Part shown: piece by piece, positions 63,921-64,000 of the stretch
How positions within the stretch are numbered: the stretch's first letter is position 1
How the letters are laid out: every line of letters begins with the position of its first letter
From: Octopus bimaculoides
Lineage: Eukaryota
Direction of reading: 5' to 3'
Length of the DNA: 64,000 nucleotides
Assembly: GCF_001194135.2 (NCBI RefSeq)
Contig: NC_068981.1
Span: 37,435,762 to 37,499,761 of the forward strand
Made by a program: the position numbers and the translations under genes
Notes under the pieces: model-generated
Told to the model about the DNA's origin: nothing
Databases searched by the model: none
Seen by the model: the letters and a program-made list of their open reading frames with translations, nothing else

Positions 63921-64000
63921 CGAAGTATATATGTGTGTGTGTGTGTGTGTGCTTATATTTATATAAATAAAAACATGTATGTATGTATTTATGTATGTTT

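Overview
AT-rich, microsatellite-dense eukaryotic draft-assembly sequence with many N gaps. The repeat repertoire points to a coleoid cephalopod, most likely an octopus (inference from repeat content; no database search was run). No intact protein-coding gene, rRNA, tRNA gene or CRISPR array is supportable. The window is mostly fossil mobile DNA: many RTE LINE pieces, a CR1-like 3' end, Penelope-like elements, R4/Dong-clade restriction-like-endonuclease (RLE) elements, Tc1/mariner transposons, a 1.39-kb two-LTR Ty3/gypsy remnant, several tRNA-headed SINE families and MITE/foldback elements. A few phase-compatible minus-strand micro-exon candidates suggest the window may lie in the large introns of an unidentified gene (low confidence). 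The most interesting signals are: a minimal hammerhead ribozyme with a U in place of core A6 in a Penelope-type repeat (61329-61365); an RLE retroelement family apparently targeting (ACAT)n microsatellites, one copy with a 9-bp TSD; two long hairpin elements; an 86-bp near-identical local duplication; and SINE/LINE tail sharing. Fossil-element boundaries are estimated by eye and may be off by tens of bases.
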